Part shown: positions 21,160-30,174 of the stretch, in pieces
How positions within the stretch are numbered: the stretch's first letter is position 1
How the letters are laid out: each line of letters begins with the position of its first letter
From: an uncultured Elusimicrobia bacterium
GTDB taxonomy: Bacteria; Elusimicrobiota; Elusimicrobia; 2-01-FULL-59-12
DNA length: 64,000 nt
Assembly (NCBI GenBank): GCA_963702895.1
Contig: OY969767.1
Location: 2,418,398 to 2,482,397 of the forward strand
Reading direction: 5' to 3'
Translations under genes and position numbers: made by a program
The notes under the pieces: generated by a model
Seen by the model: only the letters and a program-made list of their open reading frames with translations
Told to the model about the DNA's origin: nothing
Database searches by the model: none

Positions 21160-22299
21160 GTGCCGACGTATGACGCCGTTCTCTTTATCGGATTTGGCGG
21201 GCCCGAAAAACGGGAGGATATCCGCCCCTTTCTGGAGATCGTAACGAGAGGCCGCCCGATTCCTCCCGAGCGGATCGAGGAAGTCGCGCATCACTATGAG
21301 GCCATCGGCGGCTCCTCTCCCATCAACGCCATCACCATAAGCCAAGCTGAAGGCCTGCGTAAGCTTCTGAACAGTCCCGAGTCCCGAGTCTCGAGTCTTG
21401 CGTCGAAAAGAGGAACGCGGGACAACATTCCCGTCTATGTCGGAAACCGGAACTGGCACCCCTTTATCGAAGATGCCCTCCGCCAGATGCAGTCGGGCGG
21501 CGTGAAGCGCGCCATCGGGTTTTACACCGCGGCACACCGCTCCGAAGCCAGTCTTGAACGATACCTGAATGCCGTGGAAAGCGCGAGAACGCGCATCGGG
21601 CCGGAAGCGCCGGTCGTGGATCTGGTCGGCCCCTGGTTCGACCATCCCCTCTTCATCGAGGCCATTACGCTCAGAGCGCAAGAGGCCCTACAGGCTGTTC
21701 CAGGCGAAGAACGTTCCTCTATCCCTTTGATCTTTACAGCCCACAGTATTCCTTGTGCCATGGCGAAGGATTCGACCTATGTTCTGGAGCTGCAAAAAAC
21801 AGCGGAACTCATCGCTCACAAACTCGGGCGTAAAGAATGGAAGCTCGCCTACTCCAGCCGAAGCGGGAATCCCCGCGACCCGTGGCTCGAGCCGGACATT
21901 GGCGATGAGATCCGGACAAGAGCCCGACACGGCCAGAAGCAGCTTCTCATGATTCCGATCGGGTTCATCGCCGATCATGTGGAAATCCTTTTTGATCTGG
22001 ATGTGGAAGCCCAACAAGTTGCTCGGGAGGTGGGGGTTACGATTTACCGCGCCAAAACCGTAGGCGATCACCCCGTCTTTTGCCGCATGATCGCGGACGT
22101 TGTGCAAAAGCGTGCCGCCCAGGAGGCGCTGCCCGAGATGATGTCTTCCCAGACCACGCGCGACCAAAGCGGCCAAATCTTCACGGCCCCCGGGCGCTCG
22201 TCCAAAGTCTGCTACTGCCAGCCCGTCTCGGCGAGCCCCCCTTGCCTGCAGACGCTGCCCACGGCGGGGTCGCCTGCGATGCACGCGCGCCGAAGTTAA
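21160..22299 (+). CDS. hemH: Ferrochelatase (possibly coproporphyrin ferrochelatase) with C-terminal extension
   Basis: DAVLFIGFGGPEKREDIRPFLEIV and PIGFIADHVEILFDLD ferrochelatase blocks. 4 nt downstream of hemE. Confidence 0.85.
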   Translation: MPTYDAVLFIGFGGPEKREDIRPFLEIVTRGRPIPPERIEEVAHHYEAIGGSSPINAITISQAEGLRKLLNSPESRVSSLASKRGTRDNIPVYVGNRNWHPFIEDALRQMQSGGVKRAIGFYTAAHRSEASLERYLNAVESARTRIGPEAPVVDLVGPWFDHPLFIEAITLRAQEALQAVPGEERSSIPLIFTAHSIPCAMAKDSTYVLELQKTAELIAHKLGRKEWKLAYSSRSGNPRDPWLEPDIGDEIRTRARHGQKQLLMIPIGFIADHVEILFDLDVEAQQVAREVGVTIYRAKTVGDHPVFCRMIADVVQKRAAQEALPEMMSSQTTRDQSGQIFTAPGRSSKVCYCQPVSASPPCLQTLPTAGSPAMHARRS

Positions 22300-23808
22300 T
22301 TGAGGGTTGCCCAGATGAAATCGACAGGAAAGAAAGTCACGGTTATTGGCGGAGGGATCACGGGCCTTGCCGCGGCTCTCCGGTTGACCCGGCGCGCCAA
22401 AGAAGAGGGCCGGGATCTCGAGGTCGAGCTTCTGGAAAGCTCTTCCCGTCTTGGGGGAAGCCTGCACTCCACCCGGCGTGATGGGTTTCTGCTGGAAGGT
22501 GGTCCCGACTGCTTCATTTCGAACAAAGCGCGGGGTGTGAAGCTCTGCGAAGAGCTTGGGCTTTTCGATCAATTGATCAATACGCGGCCCGAGTTTCGCC
22601 GCAGCTTTATCGTGAAAAATGGAAAGCTTCACCCGGTGCCGGAGGGTTTTTATCTTCTGGCCCCGGCCAAACTCCACCCTTTTCTCATGAGCCCGCTTCT
22701 TTCCTGGCCGGGGAAACTGCGGACGCTGCTGGAGCCCCTTGTGCCGGCCAAGCCTCAGGACGAGGAATCGCTCGCTTCTTTTGTCCGGCGCAGGCTCGGC
22801 CGTGAAGTGTTGGACTGGCTTGCGCAGCCGCTGGTGGCGGGGATCTACGCGGCCGACCCGGAAACGTTAAGCCTTCGGTCCACTTTTCCGCTCTTTATTG
22901 AAATGGAAAAGAAATACGGAAGCATTTTGCTGGGACTCGCCAAGCGCGACAGCGCCGTTCAGAGCGCCAGCGGCGCGCGCTACAGCCTATTCGTCAGCTT
23001 CCGTAATGGAATGGAAACGTTCGTATCCAGGATTGCGGCGCTGCTCCCCCAAGAGTCGGTTCGACGGAACACGCCGGTCCAGCACATTCAGCGGAGCGAG
23101 CAAGGCTGGGACATTCATCTCAAAAATGGCGAGCGGTCCCACAGCGATGCGATTTGCTTGTGCACAGGCGCTCCTCAATCGGCGAGGCTCCTTGAGCTTC
23201 AGAACCGCGCGCTCTCGGCGGAGCTCTCGAGCATCCCGTACACGCACTCCATGACGGTCAACCTGGCCTTTGATGCCGGCCTCATACGGCATCCCATGGA
23301 CGGCGTCGGGTTTGTGACGCCGGAGCTCGAAGCGCATCGCCATTCCTTCGAAATGGAGGAAGAGACAGCCCCCCGTCGGGATGGCGGACGGCCGGCCATC
23401 GCCTGCACCTTTGTCCACCGGAAATTTGCCGGCCGCGCGCCGGAAGGGACCGCGCTTCTTCGCGCTTTTCTGGGCGGAGCGCATCAGGCCGATCTTCTTG
23501 CCAAGGACGACCAGGCACTCACGAACATTGTTCTTGATCAAGTGGGGCGGCTCTTGGGTATTTCCGGGCCTCCGAAGTTCACCTCGGTCGAGCGCTGGCC
23601 GGACGCCATGCCGCAATACACGCTGGGACATCTTCCAAGAATGCTCAAGATCGAAGAAGCGGCGTTCGGTCTCCCCGGGCTGGCGCTCGCGGGAAACTGG
23701 CAATACGGAGCGGGGGTACCGGACTGCATCGAAAGCGGCGAGCGCGCAGCGGATGCGCTCGTCGATCGTTTCTTAAGGCTTGAGCCGGCTGCCCACTCTC
23801 CGCGCTAG
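22300..23808 (+). CDS. hemY: FAD-dependent protoporphyrinogen/coproporphyrinogen oxidase (HemY-type)
   Basis: KVTVIGGGITGLAAA dinucleotide-binding motif and overall HemY-like layout. Likely start is the ATG at about 22315. Contiguous with hemE and hemH. Confidence 0.8.
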   Translation: MRVAQMKSTGKKVTVIGGGITGLAAALRLTRRAKEEGRDLEVELLESSSRLGGSLHSTRRDGFLLEGGPDCFISNKARGVKLCEELGLFDQLINTRPEFRRSFIVKNGKLHPVPEGFYLLAPAKLHPFLMSPLLSWPGKLRTLLEPLVPAKPQDEESLASFVRRRLGREVLDWLAQPLVAGIYAADPETLSLRSTFPLFIEMEKKYGSILLGLAKRDSAVQSASGARYSLFVSFRNGMETFVSRIAALLPQESVRRNTPVQHIQRSEQGWDIHLKNGERSHSDAICLCTGAPQSARLLELQNRALSAELSSIPYTHSMTVNLAFDAGLIRHPMDGVGFVTPELEAHRHSFEMEEETAPRRDGGRPAIACTFVHRKFAGRAPEGTALLRAFLGGAHQADLLAKDDQALTNIVLDQVGRLLGISGPPKFTSVERWPDAMPQYTLGHLPRMLKIEEAAFGLPGLALAGNWQYGAGVPDCIESGERAADALVDRFLRLEPAAHSPR

Positions 23809-24024
23809 GCCACTCCGTGCGGCGGGGAGGGAGGGTTGCTGACAAAAAAGATGTTTCTTCATCGCATCATGACTTGGTTTTTAAGGAGGAAGAATACCAC
23901 CTATGTTTTGGATGGGACTAAGCGGAAACCTCTGGGTCAAGGCTTCGCACTCGAGATAGCATGCCATTGGCTTCGACCCCATCGAGTTCCTCTGAAGCCT
24001 CCCAACAAGGCATAATATTGTCCG

Positions 24025-25365
24025 ATGCACCGCTATAAGACCCACCTGCATGAGACCGAGATGCCAACACGCTGGTACAACGTGGTGGCTGATCTTCCTT
24101 TCGCGCTGCCGCCGCCGCTCCATCCCGGGACCCGGCAGCCGCTCGACCCCAAAGAACTCGAAGCCATTTTCCCCAAGTCGTTGATCGAGCAGGAAGGCTC
24201 GCGCGAGCGCTGGATCGACATTCCCCAGGAAGTGCGCGATGTCCTGCGTCTGTGGCGGCCGACTCCCTTGCGGCGCGCCCATCGGCTCGAGCACGTTCTC
24301 AAGACTTCATCCCGCATCTATTACAAGGATGAAAGCGTCTCACCCACGGGCAGCCACAAGACCAACACGGCTGTCGCGCAAGCTTTTTACAACAAGCAGG
24401 CCGGGATCAAGCGTCTCACCACGGAGACCGGCGCGGGTCAGTGGGGCTGCGCCCTCTCCTTTTCCTGCAACGTGTTCGGCCTCGCGTGCCGGGTTTACAT
24501 GGTGAAAGTGACCTACAACCAGAAACCGATGCGCCAGTCGCTCATGCATCTCTGGGGCGGCGAGGTGATCGCTTCGCCTTCTGATCGGACGGAAGCCGGC
24601 CGAAAGATTCTGCAGGCCGATCCGCACTGTCCCGGCAGCCTCGGTATTGCCATCTCGGAGGCAGTGGAGGACGCCGCGGGCGACCCACAGGCCAACTACT
24701 CTTTAGGGAGCGTGCTCAATCATGTCCTTCTGCACCAGACTGTGATCGGCTTGGAGGCCAAGGAGCAATTGTCGCAGCTCGGTGAAACTCCGGATGCCGT
24801 GATCGCCTGCGTTGGCGGCGGCAGCAACTTCGGCGGCATCGCCTTTCCCTTTGTCCCTGACAAGCTCACAAAGCACAAGGCCATGCGCATCATCGCCGTG
24901 GAACCGACGTCCTGCCCGTCGCTCACACGCGGAAGCTACGCCTACGATTTCGGCGACACGGTGGGCCTTACGCCCCTTTTAAAAATGTTTACGCTCGGCC
25001 ATACCTTTATCCCCCCCAGCATTCATGCCGGCGGCTTGCGCTACCACGGGGCCTCGCCGATCGTGAGCGCCCTGGTCGATCAGAAGATTGTCGAGCCCAT
25101 GGCCTACGAGCAGACCACCGTCTTTGAAGCCGCGGTTGCTTTTGCGCGCGCCGAAGGGATCGTGCCCGCACCGGAAACTTCCCATGCGGTCAAAGCCGCC
25201 ATGGACCTGGCCACCCTGCCCGATCCGCCCAAGGTGATCCTTTTCAATCTAAGCGGTCACGGGTTCCTTGACCTGGCGTCTTATGACAAGTATTTGGCGG
25301 GTGAGCTCAAGGACTTCGCCGACCCCGCTCACGGGATCCAAAAAGCCCTCAAAGAACTGCCGTAA
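24025..25365 (+). CDS. TrpB-like PLP-dependent enzyme (tryptophan synthase beta, TrpB2 type)
   Basis: [18 protein letters not shown]-lysine block, [12 protein letters not shown] and [16 protein letters not shown] blocks; 446 aa with the N-terminal extension typical of TrpB2. Confidence 0.8.
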   Translation: MHRYKTHLHETEMPTRWYNVVADLPFALPPPLHPGTRQPLDPKELEAIFPKSLIEQEGSRERWIDIPQEVRDVLRLWRPTPLRRAHRLEHVLKTSSRIYYKDESVSPTGSHKTNTAVAQAFYNKQAGIKRLTTETGAGQWGCALSFSCNVFGLACRVYMVKVTYNQKPMRQSLMHLWGGEVIASPSDRTEAGRKILQADPHCPGSLGIAISEAVEDAAGDPQANYSLGSVLNHVLLHQTVIGLEAKEQLSQLGETPDAVIACVGGGSNFGGIAFPFVPDKLTKHKAMRIIAVEPTSCPSLTRGSYAYDFGDTVGLTPLLKMFTLGHTFIPPSIHAGGLRYHGASPIVSALVDQKIVEPMAYEQTTVFEAAVAFARAEGIVPAPETSHAVKAAMDLATLPDPPKVILFNLSGHGFLDLASYDKYLAGELKDFADPAHGIQKALKELP

Positions 25366-25377
25366 CTGAATTTTCTT

Positions 25378-25791
25378 TTGTTCATGAAACTCTCTCGTCA
25401 CTCCTGGACCTTCTTTTTTCTTCTCCTCTGCTGCATCGTGAATTTTGTATTCCTCTTGCCGAATGGTTGGAAGGCCGCGCAGGCTTTCCGTGACGCCTCT
25501 GGCCTTTCGAACCCCGAACGCCGAATTCTGCAAGGCGGGCATTGGCATCGCGTGGTCACGCAGGTCGCCAGCCAAATTCCTCTCGAAGCTTCGGTCCGAT
25601 TGGTCTCTGCTGCACCACCCTGGTATCTCTCTTATTATTTATATCCGCGGCTTCTGAAAAATGGTTCACGGGTCCTGAGTGAACGGGACGAAGTCCGAAA
25701 GAGGTACCCTTCCGCCTGGGTCTTGGTCTACGTGCTCCCCCCTCACGCGGAATTGACGGCTTATCCCCCGCTCGTTCCAATCCATGAGTGA
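25378..25791 (+). CDS. Hypothetical small membrane protein
   Basis: N-terminal transmembrane segment (WTFFFLLLCCIVNFVFLL). Stop overlaps the start of the downstream membrane-protein gene. No recognised motif. Confidence 0.3.
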   Translation: MFMKLSRHSWTFFFLLLCCIVNFVFLLPNGWKAAQAFRDASGLSNPERRILQGGHWHRVVTQVASQIPLEASVRLVSAAPPWYLSYYLYPRLLKNGSRVLSERDEVRKRYPSAWVLVYVLPPHAELTAYPPLVPIHE

Positions 25792-27163
25792 ACTTGTCGT
25801 GCTTCTGTATTTAGCGTATGTGACCCTCTTGGGTCTGGCCTGGATGCGCTTATTGAAGAAAACCATCGGGTGGGAAGACCTGGCTTGGGGTTTTGGTGTT
25901 GGAACGATCGTTTGGGCATACGCGCAGTTCTTGCTCAATGTTTTCCATATTCAGACGCGCGGTGCCCTGTTTTATGTATGGCAGGCGGGGTTGGTGGCGG
26001 TGCCCCTTCTCTTCTATCGGAGGCCCCAAGCCAGCATCTCTGATTTGAATGGCCGTCAGATTTCGGACTTCAGACTTTGGAAGCCACATTATTGGCTTTG
26101 CATTCCTGTCGCGATCGCTCTCCTCACCTCCCTGCTTCAGGCCCTCACCTTCCCCATGCATATGTGGGACAGCATCGTAATTTATGGGTATAAGGCTAAA
26201 ATACTGTTTTACAAAGAGACGTTTAGAACGGAAGCTTTTCTCGATCCTTCTGTTCTGCATATCAACGCCGATTATCCGTTGCTCATCCCCTATCTGGAAG
26301 CGGGCTTCTACCGATGGCTGGGACACCCGGATGACCGGGCGGTCCGGCTCTTGTTTGTTGGGCACTGGACCGCGTGGCTCGGGATGATCTATGCCGCACT
26401 CTCTCGGAGAATCCACAAAGAGTATGCTTTGGTCGTTTGCGGGGTTGTCGCGACGCTCCCTCTTTTTTCTAGTACGTTTATGGGGCAGGCTGCTTCTGGA
26501 TTTGCCGACATCCCCTTCGGATTTTATTGGACGGGTTTTTTGCTTTGTCTCGTCAAGACGTCTGGAGTCCGAGGCTCAAAGTCGGGGAGCTTGGGTGAGC
26601 CTGCTATGACCGCCTTGTTCGCTTTGGGGTGTGTCTTTACCAAAAATGAAGGTATTCCAGCCGTCATCATCGGACTCGTTTTATGTGCTTTTTCATTACG
26701 TCCTCGTTTCCAGGACTTTGGACTTCGGACGGTATTACCCACGGCGCTTCTGCTTGTTCCCTGGATATGGACAAGGTATTTCCTGCCGCATAACTCCGTC
26801 CATACAGTGCGGCTTCTGGCGCTTCCTTGGGACGAGGCATGGCAGCGAATGTATATCACAGCCTATGCTTTGGGTCGTGAGCTGTTCCATGTGCGGAACT
26901 GGGGCCTCTACTGGATTTTGGTGGCGGCGGGATTGCTGTGGCCAGCGACAAAGCGGCCCTTTCCAAGGGAATCCAAAATGCTCTTCGCGGCCGCGGGGCT
27001 GCAGATGTGTGCCTATGTCTACGCGTACTTAACGTACTCGCAGGATTTTGACTTTGTTTTGCCCATCACGCTCCTTCGGCTGATGGTTCACCTCATTGGC
27101 CCCCTCACGCTGGCGATCGGCTGGCGCCTTGCCGATGATGACCGAGCGGGTGGACCGCGGTAG
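25784..27163 (+). CDS. Polytopic membrane protein, possibly a GT-C-type glycosyltransferase
   Basis: About 12 predicted hydrophobic helices. Sits in a cluster with GT4, GT9 and a DUF1736/TPR protein. No catalytic motif confidently identified. Confidence 0.5.
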   Translation: MSELVVLLYLAYVTLLGLAWMRLLKKTIGWEDLAWGFGVGTIVWAYAQFLLNVFHIQTRGALFYVWQAGLVAVPLLFYRRPQASISDLNGRQISDFRLWKPHYWLCIPVAIALLTSLLQALTFPMHMWDSIVIYGYKAKILFYKETFRTEAFLDPSVLHINADYPLLIPYLEAGFYRWLGHPDDRAVRLLFVGHWTAWLGMIYAALSRRIHKEYALVVCGVVATLPLFSSTFMGQAASGFADIPFGFYWTGFLLCLVKTSGVRGSKSGSLGEPAMTALFALGCVFTKNEGIPAVIIGLVLCAFSLRPRFQDFGLRTVLPTALLLVPWIWTRYFLPHNSVHTVRLLALPWDEAWQRMYITAYALGRELFHVRNWGLYWILVAAGLLWPATKRPFPRESKMLFAAAGLQMCAYVYAYLTYSQDFDFVLPITLLRLMVHLIGPLTLAIGWRLADDDRAGGPR

Positions 27164-27226
27164 GGAAAAGCGAAGAGATCTCTTTGCGGTGGATTGTTGA
27201 TTCCGAGCCTCGAGAGGTGCAACCGC

Positions 27227-27418
27227 TCAGCGGCGAACCAACAACCATCCCAATAACGCTCCGTAGAGCGTGCTGATATAGGGATTCGCGGTGATCGGGC
27301 AAACACCGCTACGACATCCGACGATGCGATGATAAGCATAGCCGGCTAAAGCGCCGAGTCCAATTCCTAAAGTGATTCGCAGCACGGACGTTCTCCTTTC
27401 AGAAGATGCTTTTGACAA
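27227..27418 (-). CDS. Small membrane protein with CxxGxCP motif
   Basis: 63 aa: hydrophobic GIGLGALAGYAY stretch, then VGCRSGVCPITANPYISTLYGALLGWLL; resembles small conserved membrane proteins of unknown function. Confidence 0.4.
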   Translation of the reverse strand: MSKASSERRTSVLRITLGIGLGALAGYAYHRIVGCRSGVCPITANPYISTLYGALLGWLLVRR

Positions 27419-27755
27419 AGGTGCTTGGATTTTGGGGCCTCCCTCGATCGCTCAAACCTCCGCCGCTTGAGGTTCGAAGGGTCGCTTTGGGGGAGCGCGT
27501 GTAAGACGATTGGGCGATCGGTAGCTGAGCGGAATGAGATGGCCCTCTTCGTCCGCAGCTTGGTCGCGCGCAGAATCATTCGTGTATTCATGGAATTCGG
27601 ATTTCATTTGATCATAACAAGTCCAAAACCTGTAATTCCCAGAAAACAAAACGGCGGGTGCCGGGACCTCTGTCTTTCTCAAAGACCAGCAGGCTCCGAG
27701 GTCACGAGCCCGTCAGCGGTTCGGGTTGTGACACCCAGATGGCTATAATCGGTTT

Positions 27756-28940
27756 ATGGTTCTTGAAGCAGGTGCGTTGAACGACAGCCAGAACGCTCAA
27801 AGTCTGGCCCCGATCAAGATTCTCCTGGTCACGGAGAGCTCTGGTTGGAGCGGCGGCGCGGCACAGACCCTCTTGCTCGCCCGCGGCCTGGCAGCACGAA
27901 AGCATGGGGTCTGGATTGCCTGTCAGCGAGGAAGCGAGATTGCCCGTCGCGCGGAGTCTTTCGGCATACCGCTTTTGCTCACCAGGATCCGCGGTGATCT
28001 CGATGTATTGGCCATCTGGGCCCTCCTTCGCTTCGTCCGGAAAAAAGGGATCCAGATTCTTCATGCCCAGCATCCCAAAGCTCACGGCGTGGGGCTCTTC
28101 GCCACGGCGTTGGCTTCGCATTCCTGCTCGTTTCTCGTCACCCGCCGGGTTTCCTTCCCCGTTGGAGAACACCGCTTCAGTCGGTTGAAATACACCTCTT
28201 CTTATGTGGATCGTTATCTCGCCGTCTCCGATGGGGTTAAACAGGTGTTGATTCAAGGGGGTCTTGAGCCCTCCCGCGTCCAAGTGGTCTATAGCGGCGT
28301 GGAAACGGAGGACTTCCGTCCCTCGTCGCCCCAGCAGGTGGAGTCTTTGCGCCACGCCTTGCAGTTGCATCCGAAGGTTCCAACGTTTATCAAAGTGGCC
28401 AATTACTCCCAATGGAAAGGGCAAGAAGTGTTTCTCCGGGCGATCCAACGATACCTATCCTGGGGCCACCCCGGACAATTCATTTTTGCCGGCCGGGCAA
28501 CAGACGGACCTGAAATGACGGGCCTGGTCGATTCTTTGGGCATTCGATCCTCCGTGCGGCGGCTCGGGTTCCGAACGGATGTCGCGGATCTTCTGGCTGC
28601 CAGCGACGCGAGCGTCAATTCCGCCATTGCCGGCGAGGGTTTGTCGGGGGCACTGCGGGAATCTTTATTGCTCGGAATCCCCGTGGTGGCCAGCGACGTG
28701 GCCGGCAACCGGGAACTCGTGCAAGAAGGCGTCACGGGAAAACTCGTTCCCGTGGGGGACTCCGAATCTCTGGCGAAGGCGCTCGTCTGGATGATCCAGA
28801 ACCGAGACGAGGCCCGGCGCCTGGCCGAGCAGGGCCGCCAGCGCGTTCTGACCGAGTTTTCAGCGGACCAAATGGTGCATAAAACCGAGCAAGCCTACCG
28901 TGAACTCCTCACGCAAAAGGAGGGTTCCTCGAAGAGATGA
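27756..28940 (+). CDS. Glycosyltransferase family 4
   Basis: C-terminal GT4 signature EGLSGALRESLLLGIPVVASDVAGNRELV...GKLV; N-terminal Rossmann-like ILLVTESSGWSGGAAQ. Confidence 0.8.
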   Translation: MVLEAGALNDSQNAQSLAPIKILLVTESSGWSGGAAQTLLLARGLAARKHGVWIACQRGSEIARRAESFGIPLLLTRIRGDLDVLAIWALLRFVRKKGIQILHAQHPKAHGVGLFATALASHSCSFLVTRRVSFPVGEHRFSRLKYTSSYVDRYLAVSDGVKQVLIQGGLEPSRVQVVYSGVETEDFRPSSPQQVESLRHALQLHPKVPTFIKVANYSQWKGQEVFLRAIQRYLSWGHPGQFIFAGRATDGPEMTGLVDSLGIRSSVRRLGFRTDVADLLAASDASVNSAIAGEGLSGALRESLLLGIPVVASDVAGNRELVQEGVTGKLVPVGDSESLAKALVWMIQNRDEARRLAEQGRQRVLTEFSADQMVHKTEQAYRELLTQKEGSSKR

Positions 28941-30094
28941 TATCGGCTGAACGCCTCTCAAGAGTACGCAATGCGATTGCTCTGCTTCTCACACCTTCCG
29001 GACCCGCAAAGAAGCTAACACCAGCGGAAGTGCGCCGCCACATGGAGTCAGGGACGATTCGCAAAATCCTGTTTATCCGGCCACAACAGGGCATCGGCGA
29101 CATGCTCTTGACCACGCCTCTTTTTCGCTCACTGAAGGAGAGCTATTCTTCTTTGCGCCTTGATCTGTTGGCAAGCCGACACAACGCCACCGCCATCCGG
29201 GGGAACTCTCGGCTCACGAAGGTGTGGGTTTGGGATAAGAAGGCCATGTGGAACCCTCTCTGGATCTTTCGCTTTTTGAGTGGTTTGCGAAAAGAACAAT
29301 ACGATCTGGTGATCGCTGTCTATAGCCACTCTCCTTCTTTGACGAATCTCCTTCTGGCGAAATGTTTAGGCGTCAAGATCATCTGGTGTTTAGACAGCGC
29401 TGCTTTAACATTAGGACTGAATTGGAGCCAGCGCCTGGCTCAGGTGGAGGTCCAACCCGCACCTGCTTCCGAGCCCGAGTGGAACCGTTACGCGCAGTTG
29501 ATCCGTCCTCTCGTTGATCACGTAGCACCGGAACCCGAGTTTTTCCCAAGTGCCGAGGACCATGCTTGGGCGGAAAGATGGTGGAGCGAAATCCACTGGA
29601 ACTCTAAACTACCGAAGGTGGGACTATTTTTGGCAGGGAACCCGACACGTCCCGACCGATTATGGCCTGTCGTTTCGTGGGTGAAATTAGCAGAACGTTT
29701 CTTGCAGAATCAAAACGCAGAGCTGATCGCCATCAATCCTCCGCCAGGTCATCGGACGGGAACGGGCAAGGTGGAGACAGGCATGTATGCCCCGTTCTGC
29801 GCCGCGCTCGGCCGAGAGATCCCTCTGTACAAAGAACGAGGTCTCGGGACTGTCGCGGCACTCTTCCAACGCCTCCAGCTCTTCCTCTGCCCCGACGGCG
29901 GCATTTTTCATGTTGCGGTCGCTTGCCGCGTCCCCACACTGGGGCTTTTTTTCCAGACCGATCCCAAGCGGTGGTGTCCTTCCGTCCCCTGGGCCAACGC
30001 CATCAAAATACCCGCGGGCGAGGCAACAGAGGAGACCCTCATGACGGTTTATCAAAAGGTGGAACATCTGCTGCGCCATCAAGATCGTTGTTAA
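28937..30094 (+). CDS. Glycosyltransferase family 9 (heptosyltransferase-like)
   Basis: IRKILFIRPQQGIGDMLLTTPLFRSLKE GT9 N-terminal signature. Start overlaps the GT4 stop. Confidence 0.8.
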   Translation: MISAERLSRVRNAIALLLTPSGPAKKLTPAEVRRHMESGTIRKILFIRPQQGIGDMLLTTPLFRSLKESYSSLRLDLLASRHNATAIRGNSRLTKVWVWDKKAMWNPLWIFRFLSGLRKEQYDLVIAVYSHSPSLTNLLLAKCLGVKIIWCLDSAALTLGLNWSQRLAQVEVQPAPASEPEWNRYAQLIRPLVDHVAPEPEFFPSAEDHAWAERWWSEIHWNSKLPKVGLFLAGNPTRPDRLWPVVSWVKLAERFLQNQNAELIAINPPPGHRTGTGKVETGMYAPFCAALGREIPLYKERGLGTVAALFQRLQLFLCPDGGIFHVAVACRVPTLGLFFQTDPKRWCPSVPWANAIKIPAGEATEETLMTVYQKVEHLLRHQDRC

Positions 30095-30174
30095 GAGTCC
30101 TCCTCTGCGCTGGGGCAAGGCCACCCCGCATAGAAATTCAGATCTAAAAAAACTACATTCTGTCGCGTATAGCT

